Shown: positions 29,107-39,029 of the stretch, in pieces
How positions within the stretch are numbered: the stretch's first letter is position 1
How the letters are laid out: each line of letters starts with the position of its first letter
Assembly (NCBI GenBank): GCA_964612685.1
Contig: CAZTCF010000002.1
Span: forward strand, 212-64,211
DNA from: Candidatus Woesearchaeota archaeon
GTDB lineage: Archaea; Nanobdellota; Nanobdellia; Pacearchaeales; GW2011-AR1
Direction: 5' to 3'
Length of the DNA: 64,000 bases
Notes under the pieces: model-generated
Seen by the model: the letters and a program-made list of their open reading frames with translations, nothing else
The model's database searches: none
Told to the model about the DNA's origin: nothing
Position numbers and translations under genes: made by a program

Positions 29107-30239
29107 TTTTTGATATACTCCATGTAATCCCCTTTGAAGTGTTCTAATGAAGTGAGTATATGAGCTGTTGAAGATTGTCCTAACCCGCACAAGCTAGTTT
29201 CTTTTATATGATATGAAAGCTCTTTCAACATCTCTAAATCTTTTTCATTTGCTTTTCTATCTCTAATCTTTTTTAGAATATTCAATACTCTGATTGTCCC
29301 CTCTCTACATGGAGTGCATTTTCCACATGATTCGTAAGTGTAAAATTTAGCTATACTTAAACAAATATCCACAATATTCCTATTTTTTCCTATAAAGATA
29401 ATTGTAAATGCTCCGTGCTGACAATCTTCTTTACATATCGTTTCAGTTGTTACCAACGAATTCTTATCTATAGGCATTATCCCACCAAAACATCCAAAGG
29501 AGAGAGCTTTTATTTCCTGAGTTGGTTTAACCGTATCAAGAATTGTTGACATCTTAACTCCTAACTCCCATTCATATATACCTGGATTTTCAACATCCCC
29601 TGAAATTGAAAAAAGCCTCAGATTTGGATTCCAATCTTTGTAAAGTAAAGCTTGTGCAACACAAGTAAGTGTTTCAACATTATTCAAAACAGTTGGACTC
29701 TCCCATAATCCCTCTTCAGTAGGGTAAGGGGGTTTGTACATTGATTGTCCTCTATATCCCATAATTGATTGCATTATTGCAGTCTCCTCCCCACAAATAT
29801 ATGCTCCTGCCCCTCTTACTATTTCAATCTCAACCTTATTTTGCATTTTAGATTTTTTAATTACTTCTTGAATTGTGTTTTCTAAATCTTCTCTTAAAAA
29901 TTCATACTCATTTCTTAAGTAAATAAATGCTCTTTTTACGCCTAGGACATAAGAAGCAATTAAGATGCCCTCAATTAAAGTTTCTGGATTATTTTTTAAA
30001 ATAAATCTATCCTTGAATGTTCCAGGTTCTCCCTCATCAGCATTACATATAAGATAAATTTCTTTAGATTTATTCTTTTTTTTACTATTAAGAGCAAGCT
30101 TCCACTTTTTTGCGAGTGGAAAGCTTGCACCACCTCTTCCTACCAAAGATTTTTTTTCAAGAATTTGTAGTACTTTTTCTGGCCCTAATTCTTTTGCAAG
30201 TTTCAATGCTTCAAGGTTTGTTTCTCTTAATATTTGCAT
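29103..30239 (-). CDS. hydB: NuoF/HydB-like FMN/NADH-binding subunit (short)
   Basis: GRGGASFP, NADEGEPGTFKDR, GAGAYICGEET, ESCGKCTPCREG, SLCGLG. Confidence 0.93.
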   Translation of the reverse strand: MQILRETNLEALKLAKELGPEKVLQILEKKSLVGRGGASFPLAKKWKLALNSKKKNKSKEIYLICNADEGEPGTFKDRFILKNNPETLIEGILIASYVLGVKRAFIYLRNEYEFLREDLENTIQEVIKKSKMQNKVEIEIVRGAGAYICGEETAIMQSIMGYRGQSMYKPPYPTEEGLWESPTVLNNVETLTCVAQALLYKDWNPNLRLFSISGDVENPGIYEWELGVKMSTILDTVKPTQEIKALSFGCFGGIMPIDKNSLVTTETICKEDCQHGAFTIIFIGKNRNIVDICLSIAKFYTYESCGKCTPCREGTIRVLNILKKIRDRKANEKDLEMLKELSYHIKETSLCGLGQSSTAHILTSLEHFKGDYMEYIKK

Positions 30240-30275
30240 TTTTTGTATTATTTTATTTGTTAATTTTTAATTTGA

Positions 30276-30722
30276 CTATTTCTTCTTCAATTCATTTAAT
30301 AGCTTCTTTACTCTTTCGATAGTTAATTTGGTAAGGGGTTTTCCATTAAGAAGCATTGCAGGAGGTTCATCACAACATCCTATGCATGAAGTTTTATACA
30401 CTGAGAATTTCTTGTCTTTTGTTGTTTCACCAATTTTAATTTTGAGTTCTTTCTCAATGAACCTCTCTATATCCCTGCTTTCATTTAACACGCAAGTAGG
30501 TGAACCGCACAACTCAATTATGTATTTTCCTTGAGGTTCTGTTCTGAACATAGTGTAGAATTTAACAACCCCATATATTCTAGATATAGGAATTTGATAT
30601 TTGGTGCTAATTTGTTTCATTGCATCCACAGAAATATATCCTTTTTTATCCTGCTCCTCATGAAGAATGTTAAGCAAGATATCCTCTTTTTTCTCCCCTT
30701 TTTTTTCTTGTTTTTTCATCAT
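30276..30722 (-). CDS. hydC: NuoE/HydC-like [2Fe-2S] subunit
   Basis: VVKFYTMF, CGSPTC, CIGCCDEPP. Confidence 0.93.
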   Translation of the reverse strand: MMKKQEKKGEKKEDILLNILHEEQDKKGYISVDAMKQISTKYQIPISRIYGVVKFYTMFRTEPQGKYIIELCGSPTCVLNESRDIERFIEKELKIKIGETTKDKKFSVYKTSCIGCCDEPPAMLLNGKPLTKLTIERVKKLLNELKKK

Positions 30723-30807
30723 CTTCTTTATTATAGTATGATTAGGTTGTTTTTAAAATTTTAGAAGCCATCATAAACTATTTAAAACGCTTTTAACTTT
30801 TTAAAGT

Positions 30808-31140
30808 ATGAAAGTGGTGAAAAGACCCTGGGGAATATTTAAACAATTTGCGCTTAATGAAAAATGTACTGTCAAAATTCTTGAAGTTAAACCAATGCAG
30901 GAATTAAGTTTACAGAAGCATAAAAACAGAGAAGAAAAATGGTATTTCATTACCCCAGGAATTGTTCAGATTGGGAAAAACATAAAGAAAATAAAAGAAG
31001 GAGAGATGGTAAAGATAAAAAAGAACACCCCACATAGACTTTTGGCAGGAGTAAATAAAGTTAAGGTTCTTGAGATATCATTTGGAAAATTCGATGAACA
31101 TGATGAAGTAAGGTTGGAGGATAAATATAATCGTAAATAG
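30808..31140 (+). CDS. Cupin, mannose-6-phosphate isomerase type II C-terminal-like
   Basis: RPWG, LSLQKH..REEKW, PHRL, DEVRLEDKY. Confidence 0.88.
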   Translation: MKVVKRPWGIFKQFALNEKCTVKILEVKPMQELSLQKHKNREEKWYFITPGIVQIGKNIKKIKEGEMVKIKKNTPHRLLAGVNKVKVLEISFGKFDEHDEVRLEDKYNRK

Positions 31141-31145
31141 ATAAA

Positions 31146-31961
31146 ATGACAAAAGTTATAGCAATTGATTTGGGGGGAACAAACCTTAGAGTTTCTCTAG
31201 TTAAAAACAACAAGATAATAAAATATGTAAAAAACAAAACCCCAAAAACCTCCAAAGAACTTATTGATTTAATGTTCAAAAACATTGAATTCCTAATGGA
31301 AAAGGATGTTGAGGGTATAGGAGTTGCAAGTGCTGGACCATTAGAAAAGGGGATAATAAAAAACCCTCCTAATCTTCCTTTAAGAAATTATAATCTTAAG
31401 GGAGCTCTTGAAAAAAGATTCAAAAAGAAAGTTGAAATATGTAATGATGCTCACTCAGTTGCTATTGCCGAATTAAAATTAGGTGTAAAGAAAAAGAACT
31501 TCATTGTCTTAACTCTTGGAACAGGGGTTGGAGGAGGAATAATTATCAATGGGCAATTATATGAAGGACAAGGATACGGGGGAGAGATGGGACATATTAT
31601 TCTTGACAATGGAAAAACATTTGAGAAATTAGTTGGATGGAAATACACAAAAGAATTATCCAGAAAAGCTTTTGGAAAAGAATTACTGATTAATGATTTA
31701 ATAAAGATGGATAATAAAAAAGCAAAAGAGATATTACACACAATAACAACTCATCTTGCACAAGGAATTGGAAGTTTAATCAATGTATTTGATCCAGAAG
31801 TTGTTGTTTTAGCAGGAGGGGTAAGAGAAACAGGTTCTGCCTATCTTAACCTTATTAAAAAAGAAGCTAAAAAATATTCAATCCTTCCAAGAAACACCCC
31901 TATTCAATGGAGTAAACTTGAACACCCTGGAACCTTGGGAGCAAGTTTGTTGATAAAATAA
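31146..31961 (+). CDS. ROK family sugar kinase (glucokinase-like)
   Basis: IDLGGTN, NDA, LTLGTGVGGG, GEMGH. Confidence 0.92.
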   Translation: MTKVIAIDLGGTNLRVSLVKNNKIIKYVKNKTPKTSKELIDLMFKNIEFLMEKDVEGIGVASAGPLEKGIIKNPPNLPLRNYNLKGALEKRFKKKVEICNDAHSVAIAELKLGVKKKNFIVLTLGTGVGGGIIINGQLYEGQGYGGEMGHIILDNGKTFEKLVGWKYTKELSRKAFGKELLINDLIKMDNKKAKEILHTITTHLAQGIGSLINVFDPEVVVLAGGVRETGSAYLNLIKKEAKKYSILPRNTPIQWSKLEHPGTLGASLLIK

Positions 31962-31962
31962 A

Positions 31963-32832
31963 ATGCCAAAACATCATATAAAAGCAAAAAGAATAATCTC
32001 TCCAGTAAGAATTGACTTTGCCGGAGGAACTACTGATATCTCTCCATTCAAAGATAAATACGGGGGGTGCGTATTAAATGCAACAATAAACAGATATGTG
32101 GAAGGAGAACTTATTGTTAACGACAAAAAAACTCATCTCGAATACACTGGAAATATCCCTACTTCCTCAGGATTAGGAACTTCTGGAGTTATGAACCTGG
32201 TCTGGTTAAGTTTAATCTCACAGAAAATTAACAAATTAGATGATAATGCAAGAAAAAAATTATCTGAAACTGTTTACAAAATGGAACAAGCAATGGGATT
32301 GGTAGGCGGGAAACAAGATCAGTATGCAAGTGCTTTTGGAGGAATAAACCTAATGAGATTCAATAAAGACAATGTTGAGGTAGAAAAATTAAAACTAAGA
32401 AAAGAATTCATTAAAAAATTAGAAAGTAAACTGGTTTTAGTTTATACGGGAAAACCACATTTTTCAGGAAACACTAATGGGGCAATGATGGATAATCTAA
32501 GAAAAGGAAAAAACAACTCTAATCTACTTAGAATAAAAAAAATTGCACTTGAAATGAAAGATGCTCTACTTAAAGAAGACCTGGAAAAATTTGCAGAATT
32601 AATGAATCAAGAAACTGGTGAAAGAAAGAAGCTTCACAAAAGCATTGTTCCAGAAAGCACACAAAAAATAATTTCCCAGGCAATGGAAAACGGAGCAATT
32701 GCAGCAAAAGTCTGCGGTTCAGGAGGAGGAGGAAGCATACTTTTTTTCGGAGACAAACAAAAGCTAAAACAAAAATTTAAGGATAAAGTAATTGATTTCA
32801 AATTTGACTTTCAGGGTTTAAGAATTTTGTAG
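31963..32832 (+). CDS. GHMP family sugar kinase (HddA-like)
   Basis: RIDFAGGTTD, PTSSGLGTS, GKQDQY, GSGGGG. Confidence 0.88.
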   Translation: MPKHHIKAKRIISPVRIDFAGGTTDISPFKDKYGGCVLNATINRYVEGELIVNDKKTHLEYTGNIPTSSGLGTSGVMNLVWLSLISQKINKLDDNARKKLSETVYKMEQAMGLVGGKQDQYASAFGGINLMRFNKDNVEVEKLKLRKEFIKKLESKLVLVYTGKPHFSGNTNGAMMDNLRKGKNNSNLLRIKKIALEMKDALLKEDLEKFAELMNQETGERKKLHKSIVPESTQKIISQAMENGAIAAKVCGSGGGGSILFFGDKQKLKQKFKDKVIDFKFDFQGLRIL

Positions 32833-32995
32833 AGTTTAATTAGCATATAACTAGATAAAACCTTGTTCAAATTATAATTTTTAATTATCTTAAGATCATT
32901 AATTATTGAATAAGTTACAGTTATAGAGTAAAATCATAAAATTGTTCAAATTACAATATATTGATAGATTATTAAGGATAACTAAATTATCATAA

Positions 32996-35221
32996 TCAAA
33001 CAATCGCCTTTCCTTTCTTTATCTCTTCAAGCATTAATCTTGAAATTAAGTATTCAATAGTTGACTCTGCACCCTGATTAAGATTTATTGAGCTCTTAGA
33101 TAGCCCATCATGACATCCGCCCGTAACATCATTATAAATCATTTGTTTTAAATGATTCTTTCCTAAAAACCAATTAAATGCAAGCACAGCGTTATTGTAA
33201 TAATCCTCCTTACCCGTAATCGCATATGCTGTTAAGTATGTTTGAACCATTGAAGATGCGTCTATAGGCTGTTGGTCAAAGAAACTCCTTACCCCATGTC
33301 TATTATACCACCCGTTCTGTCCAATAGGAGACAACTCATCCTTAACAAAAACCAAATTTGTTAAAAACTTCAAACTTTTCTCAGCAATCTCAAGATATTC
33401 TGGATTCTTTGTTAAATTATAAGCCAAAAAAAGAACCTCTGGAAGTTTTGAATTTGAATAAGTTAAATACCCTTCAAACCAATTCCACTCTTCTGTTGCC
33501 TCATTTTTGTAAGACTCTACCAAAGCATCTACTAGTTTAACTATCTTAGCTAATATCTGCTCATTCTTATATTTTTGATAATAATGATACATTCCAATCA
33601 AAGAAAATGCTTTAGCTCTTGGAGAACTATCCTCTTCAATATGAACATGAGATTTATCAAACATCTCTCTTGCCCTATTAATATGCTCTTCATTCCCCCC
33701 ATAATTTATTAAATGCCCTAATGCCCACAAAGTTCTTCCTATAGCATCCTCACTTGTAGATATAAGATTTTTACTCTCATACTCCATATCATTAAATCTA
33801 CCCTCTCCATCATGAACCTTTTCCAAGAAATCCAAATAAATCTTTGAAAGCTCTTTTGAAATCTCTGAGTTATATAATCTATCATGAATTGTAGCAACGA
33901 TTAATGCCCTGGCATTATCATCAACAGTATATCCTGATGAACTATCCGGAACAGCAAGCTTTGAAAATTGTATACATCCAACATGATCTGTAAGTGTCTT
34001 TAAATGATTCAATTTTATCTTAGGATATTTCTCTGTTGTTTCCTCTCTTAATTTAACAACTTTATTGAAAAGATGCAAATAACTAGAAGCAACATTTGGC
34101 CATATCATTGACCTTGCAAAAGCATAAGCATTTTGTTCTATTCTTTTTCTTAAATCAGGATTAGATAAAAGTTTATCTATACACTCTGCATAGGATTTTG
34201 GATTTTGTAATCCTGCCACAAGCCCCCTCTCTCCACTCAAAACTTCCTCTGCATATAAATTTGGAGTTGAAACAACTGCCTTCCCACACCCCATAGCATA
34301 AGACAATGTCCCAGAAACAATCTGATTTCTCTCTAAATTAGTCATAATATAGATGTCAGATGCAAGAAGATATTCTATTATCTCTTCTATATCAAGATAT
34401 TTATTGTAAAACTTAACGTTATCCTGCAACTTAAGTTTCTTAACCAAGTCCATTAAATAATTTCTATATTCTTCTCCCTCCCTCTTTCTTATAACAGGAT
34501 GCGTCTCACCTATAACCACATATAATATATTTGGATATTTCTTTACAAGATAAGGAAGAGCCTTAATCATATACTCAATACCTTTACCTCTGCTCAACAA
34601 TCCAAAAGTTGAAAGAACAATCTTATTGTCTAATCTCAATTTCTTCTTAAATGGCTCTGCATCCTTCAAGGGAGTATCTGGGATACCATGTCTTATCACA
34701 TGTATCTTGCTCTTAGGAACCCCATAATCATTATGGAGGATATCTATTGCACTCTCAGCCATTACTATCGTGGCAGCACACTTATCACATATAAACTTCA
34801 CCACATTCTTTCTCAAATTATTTGGCTGAGGAAGAACGCTATGAAAAGTTACTACAACCGGTTTAGTTACCGCCTCTAAAAAAGGAATAATATAACTCCC
34901 ATACTCTCCCCCAAATATCCCAAACTCGTGCTGTATACAAACTAATTTTATCTTATCCGAACGATTTATTTTCTTAGCCATATTTATGTAATCCTCAAGA
35001 TAATCTTTGTTCATCTGAAGAATAACTCTGCTATCATAATTGTAAATACTAGACTCCTCGTTCAATGCAATAACTCTTGATTTGACTTTAGGATTAAATT
35101 TCTTGTTTAAAGAAGTGATTAAATCTTGTGTAAAAGTTGCAATCCCACATTCCTTCGGGGGAAAATTACTAAGAAAACATATTTTTGAATCTTTAAATCC
35201 TTCCAGCTCTTTTTCATCCAT
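32996..35221 (-). CDS. GT4 glycosyltransferase fused to an (alpha/alpha)6 domain
   Basis: PPKECGIATF, QHEFGIFGG, SGTLSYA; C-terminal GYTVDDNARAL, FDQQP, NQGAEST. Confidence 0.88.
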   Translation of the reverse strand: MDEKELEGFKDSKICFLSNFPPKECGIATFTQDLITSLNKKFNPKVKSRVIALNEESSIYNYDSRVILQMNKDYLEDYINMAKKINRSDKIKLVCIQHEFGIFGGEYGSYIIPFLEAVTKPVVVTFHSVLPQPNNLRKNVVKFICDKCAATIVMAESAIDILHNDYGVPKSKIHVIRHGIPDTPLKDAEPFKKKLRLDNKIVLSTFGLLSRGKGIEYMIKALPYLVKKYPNILYVVIGETHPVIRKREGEEYRNYLMDLVKKLKLQDNVKFYNKYLDIEEIIEYLLASDIYIMTNLERNQIVSGTLSYAMGCGKAVVSTPNLYAEEVLSGERGLVAGLQNPKSYAECIDKLLSNPDLRKRIEQNAYAFARSMIWPNVASSYLHLFNKVVKLREETTEKYPKIKLNHLKTLTDHVGCIQFSKLAVPDSSSGYTVDDNARALIVATIHDRLYNSEISKELSKIYLDFLEKVHDGEGRFNDMEYESKNLISTSEDAIGRTLWALGHLINYGGNEEHINRAREMFDKSHVHIEEDSSPRAKAFSLIGMYHYYQKYKNEQILAKIVKLVDALVESYKNEATEEWNWFEGYLTYSNSKLPEVLFLAYNLTKNPEYLEIAEKSLKFLTNLVFVKDELSPIGQNGWYNRHGVRSFFDQQPIDASSMVQTYLTAYAITGKEDYYNNAVLAFNWFLGKNHLKQMIYNDVTGGCHDGLSKSSINLNQGAESTIEYLISRLMLEEIKKGKAIV

Positions 35222-35360
35222 CTCAACTACCTTAGGTAATAGTTAAATTAAAAAATTAAAGTTTATAAAAGCAACGCTTTTTCTTGGACCAACACACTTG
35301 TGCGCAAAATAAACCAAAGCTACAAATAAACTAAAGAAAACTTAATCCCCGACGATAAAA

Positions 35361-35738
35361 TCATATTTTTTTATAAAAACTTACAATCTTAAGTGTTAAG
35401 ATTGCGCTCAAGCTCCCGATTAAATCAACCCCCACATCTTTCACGCTCGCAAATCTCCCAACAACAAAGAGTTGATGAATCTCATCCGAGATTGCATAAG
35501 CCAATGAAATGAAAACAACAAATAAAACAGCATTTCTATCTAATCTCCCCCCTTTAAAAGAAAGCGAAAGGAAAAAAGTGAACATAAAAAAAACTCCAAA
35601 ATGATATATCGTTGATAGAATAGAACCCCCCACCCCCCCTTCTGGATTTGGAACACTAGAAAATAAGAATATAATCGCCCCCACAAGTACAGTCATAAAC
35701 AAATAAAATATTTTTATACCTTGATTTTTTTTCCTCAT
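35361..35738 (-). CDS. VanZ family membrane protein
   Basis: YAISDEIHQLFVVGR..SVKD. Confidence 0.85.
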   Translation of the reverse strand: MRKKNQGIKIFYLFMTVLVGAIIFLFSSVPNPEGGVGGSILSTIYHFGVFFMFTFFLSLSFKGGRLDRNAVLFVVFISLAYAISDEIHQLFVVGRFASVKDVGVDLIGSLSAILTLKIVSFYKKI

Positions 35739-35799
35739 TTAACTTCTTGAATAAACGGGTTTTTAAAATTAGAGATTCTCAACAAGACAAATTAAAAAA

Positions 35800-35873
35800 T
35801 GGCTTTGGGGAGATTCTAACTCCCGACCTCGGCCTCATGAGAGCCGCGCTCTAAACAACTGAGCTACAAAGCC
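35800..35873 (-). tRNA. tRNA with CAT anticodon, probably elongator Met
   Basis: Acceptor GGCTTTG/CAAAGCC-A, anticodon arm CGGCT-CTCATGA-GGCCG, T arm GGGAG-TTAGAAT-CTCCC; no A1-U72 so not initiator; Ile2 not excluded. Confidence 0.92.
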
Positions 35874-35955
35874 ATAACAATCGATGTTGTTTTACCTTCA
35901 GATTTTAAACAACTAAACCATTTAAAAGTTTAACTTTTAGAAAAATATAACTTAA

Positions 35956-36159
35956 TTAAGCACTCATCTCGAGCTTAGCTTTCTCTTCCTGTCTTTTTAG
36001 CCTTGAAATTAACCCTGCAAGTCTATTTCTTATTCTCTTACTTGGCATCTCTCTTCCAAGTATTGCCTTATTCTTTTCAAAGTCTTTACTAAAACCCAAA
36101 TCCTCTTTTACAAGAGCATTTGCTGTCTTTCTTACTACCTTGGACTTTATTTTTCCCAT
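35956..36159 (-). CDS. rps17e: 30S ribosomal protein S17e
   Basis: MGKIK, FSKDFEKNK, SKRIRNRLAG. Confidence 0.92.
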   Translation of the reverse strand: MGKIKSKVVRKTANALVKEDLGFSKDFEKNKAILGREMPSKRIRNRLAGLISRLKRQEEKAKLEMSA

Positions 36160-36266
36160 CCTAATCCTTGTAAAAATTTGTTTTTAAAGGTTTTGATTAC
36201 CCTCTCCTCCTTCTTACTCCCTCCCCTCCCAAAACCCTTAAATATCCCTCCTGCCCAAATTATCCA

Positions 36267-36674
36267 ATGAAAAACACCCCTAAATACTCCCTAATACTTG
36301 TAATCTTCCTACTGTCAATACTGGCTTCAGGTATACTAACTTTTGTATCTGTTGAGGAAGCGTGCGGAGGAGTTCAAACAACCTGTTACGCAGTTCAAAC
36401 TTCCCAATATGAGACAACTTTAGGAATAAAAAATGCACATATAGGATTATTTGCATTCTCAATTATGGCAATATTAATATTCTTACACATAAAAAAACCC
36501 TCAAAAAACAAGAAACAACTTATTACAATTGGAATAATAGGGGCAACAATCTTTGCACTTTATTTCCTTTATCTTCAGTTTTTCGTTCTAGATGCATTAT
36601 GTAAATATTGTATGGTTATAGATATAGGAATGATTATAAATTTAGGAATGATGATATTCTGGAAAGATAAATAA
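36267..36674 (+). CDS. VKOR family membrane oxidoreductase
   Basis: C..TTCYAVQTSQY, TM helices, LCKYC. Confidence 0.88.
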   Translation: MKNTPKYSLILVIFLLSILASGILTFVSVEEACGGVQTTCYAVQTSQYETTLGIKNAHIGLFAFSIMAILIFLHIKKPSKNKKQLITIGIIGATIFALYFLYLQFFVLDALCKYCMVIDIGMIINLGMMIFWKDK

Positions 36675-36691
36675 ACCTTCCCTAGATTTTA

Positions 36692-37372
36692 TTACTCCTC
36701 TTTTAATCTACCCTCTAAAGAACCCTCTTTTCCTTTTTTAACATTAAGGAACTTAGTTGAAAATCCAAGTATAACAAATCTACTATCCTTCTCGATAACC
36801 GTCATCTCAATCGGATAAGGAAAATGAAAATCATCCCCTAGTTCAAATTTAATTGCGCCCTTTAAACTAGAAGAATAAAATGCAGTATCTCCTCTCTTTT
36901 CCTTTTCAATTTCCAAAGAATAAGGTAAACCCATAAGAAAGAAATGCAAACTATCCTTATCCTCAAACCCAGTTTCTCTAAAATCTCTCAGGATTTCAGG
37001 AAAAGTCTTATATTTCTCATCAAGTCTTTTATTAACTAGCTTCTCTTTAGCCTCTCTAAGCTTCCCCCTATCGACATAATAATCTAAAAGAGTATATCCA
37101 GACCCCTTAGAATAATCAAAAAATTCTTTTTTAAATATAAAATTCTTAGTTTCATTATAAATAGAATCATTAACCTGATCAAATTTCATAGAATAAATTC
37201 CCAACAAAAAAGAAAAATCTATTTCCTTCTCACCCAGATTAATAAAACTCATTGTAGAAGGAAATCCTCCTCCTTTAGTACGTACCTCATAATTCAGTTT
37301 ATCCTGAGAAAAAGAAGGCGACACACTTGAAAAAAGAAGCGCTCCTGCAAGGAAAATATCCTTAAATTTCAT
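36692..37372 (-). CDS. Hypothetical secreted protein
   Basis: Signal-peptide-like N-terminus; no recognised motif. Confidence 0.65.
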   Translation of the reverse strand: MKFKDIFLAGALLFSSVSPSFSQDKLNYEVRTKGGGFPSTMSFINLGEKEIDFSFLLGIYSMKFDQVNDSIYNETKNFIFKKEFFDYSKGSGYTLLDYYVDRGKLREAKEKLVNKRLDEKYKTFPEILRDFRETGFEDKDSLHFFLMGLPYSLEIEKEKRGDTAFYSSSLKGAIKFELGDDFHFPYPIEMTVIEKDSRFVILGFSTKFLNVKKGKEGSLEGRLKEE

Positions 37373-37461
37373 AAAAAAGGAATTTAAAATAGGTATAAAA
37401 GCATTTATATTAAATGATATAACAGGATAAAACTTAAAACTTCGAATAATTTAAGATACTA

Positions 37462-38076
37462 ATGAAAACAAAACAAATACAACAGGGAGCAGAAGCAAAA
37501 ATATTCCTTGATGAAAAAAATAAATTGATAATAAAAGATAGAATATCAAAATCTTACAGAATCTCTGAATTAGATAAAAAAATAATAAAACAAAGAACAA
37601 AAGCAGAAACAAAATTATTAACAAAGGCAAACCAAATAATAAGCGCCCCCTTACCTGAAAATTCTAAAGAATTTAACAAGATAATAATGCCATTTATTGA
37701 TGGAGAAAAGCTTTCGGCTTCTCTCAATGATTTTCCTTTGGAAAAACAAATAAAAATAATGAATAAAGCAGGGGAATCAGTTGCCCTGCTTCACAAATCA
37801 GACATAATTCATGGAGATTTAACCACCTCCAATATTATTTTAAAAGATGAAAAGGTATTCTTCATAGACTTTGGTTTAGGATATATCTCAAAGAAGGTTG
37901 AGGATAAAGCAGTGGATTTACATCTCCTAAAACAAGCTCTTGAAGCCAAGCATTTCCAAAATTGCAAGAAATTATTTGAAGAATTTCAAAAAAACTATTC
38001 TAAAGACTACAAAGAATCTAAGCAAATCTTTGATAGGATGGTATCAATTGAAAGACGTGGAAGATACAGACACTAG
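37462..38076 (+). CDS. bud32: KEOPS kinase Bud32
   Basis: QGAEA, KDRISKSYR, IHGDLTTSN, IDFGL, EDKAVDL, RRGRY. Confidence 0.94.
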   Translation: MKTKQIQQGAEAKIFLDEKNKLIIKDRISKSYRISELDKKIIKQRTKAETKLLTKANQIISAPLPENSKEFNKIIMPFIDGEKLSASLNDFPLEKQIKIMNKAGESVALLHKSDIIHGDLTTSNIILKDEKVFFIDFGLGYISKKVEDKAVDLHLLKQALEAKHFQNCKKLFEEFQKNYSKDYKESKQIFDRMVSIERRGRYRH

Positions 38077-38129
38077 AATATCTTAAACTAGTACACATAA
38101 ACTTATAATATATTCTGATTAAAAGAGGT

Positions 38130-38987
38130 GTGATGAAAAAAAATCTAATTTCCATTCTTCTTGCAGGAACAATGTTAACAACCCCTTCATACAATAAAAA
38201 AACAAATAACCTGCCAATAAACAATATTAAAATTAAACAAGACACTCAAAACGTATCTTTAAAGAAAAAAGAATCTATAAATTCAGAAGAATTGAAATAT
38301 ATGAAAATAATATTCGATGAAGTTGGTAAAAGAGATGAAGAATACCTTAATGAAAACCTCTCCAACACAAATATAACGGAGGATGAAGAATCCTTAAAAA
38401 AATATCTAATAAATAGGTTAAAAGAAAAACAGCACACCCCCAGAACAAATAATTCTCCGGCAAGTGAAGAGTATTCCCAAATAAATGAACTTTCAATAAC
38501 TCAAAACAAAATTGTTTATTTGATGCTAAACTCACTTAAAGATTCCTCTTTCTGTAATGAAATTGGAAAGATTATAGAAGAAGATATAAAAAACAAATAC
38601 TCTGAAATTGGAGGGATAGTAACCTTCAAAGAAAAAAATAAAATAAATTTAAAATGTATTGAAAGCGAACTCTCCAAATTTAAAGAAGAGGAAAACGATG
38701 GGCAATACCTTCTCCCTTCTGATGAACACTTTTCAAAAAAAATAGCCTATTTTCATTTACACTCGAGCAAACATAATGAAAAAGAATTTGCTGGACCAAG
38801 CACAACAGATTTGTTTATACTGGAAGCCCATTCTACATTTTCAATTTTAACAAGTGAATTTATAATAACATCTCTAGAAAAAGGAATGTTTAATGTAGAC
38901 TATACCGGAGTTGACAAAAGAAAAGACAAGAAGGCAAAAGTAATAGATCTTGGAAATTATTTTTATGATACCTTGAGTATAAAATAA
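38130..38987 (+). CDS. Putative exported protein with JAB/MPN-like motif
   Basis: Signal-like N-terminus; EIGG...FHLH...GPSTTD. Confidence 0.6.
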   Translation: MMKKNLISILLAGTMLTTPSYNKKTNNLPINNIKIKQDTQNVSLKKKESINSEELKYMKIIFDEVGKRDEEYLNENLSNTNITEDEESLKKYLINRLKEKQHTPRTNNSPASEEYSQINELSITQNKIVYLMLNSLKDSSFCNEIGKIIEEDIKNKYSEIGGIVTFKEKNKINLKCIESELSKFKEEENDGQYLLPSDEHFSKKIAYFHLHSSKHNEKEFAGPSTTDLFILEAHSTFSILTSEFIITSLEKGMFNVDYTGVDKRKDKKAKVIDLGNYFYDTLSIK

Positions 38988-39029
38988 ATATTTAAGAATA
39001 TTTAAATAATCAAAATAAATAATTTATCT

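Noticed and set aside
29103..30722. NuoE/NuoF as respiratory complex I
   Set aside because: No other nuo genes; coupled to hydA
32863..32957. Direct repeat TTGTTCAAATTAYAAT (two copies)
   Set aside because: Short AT-rich match in a convergent spacer with no supporting context
35626..35639. Poly-C tract as a slippage switch
   Set aside because: Interrupted run encoding GGVGG in an intact vanZ frame
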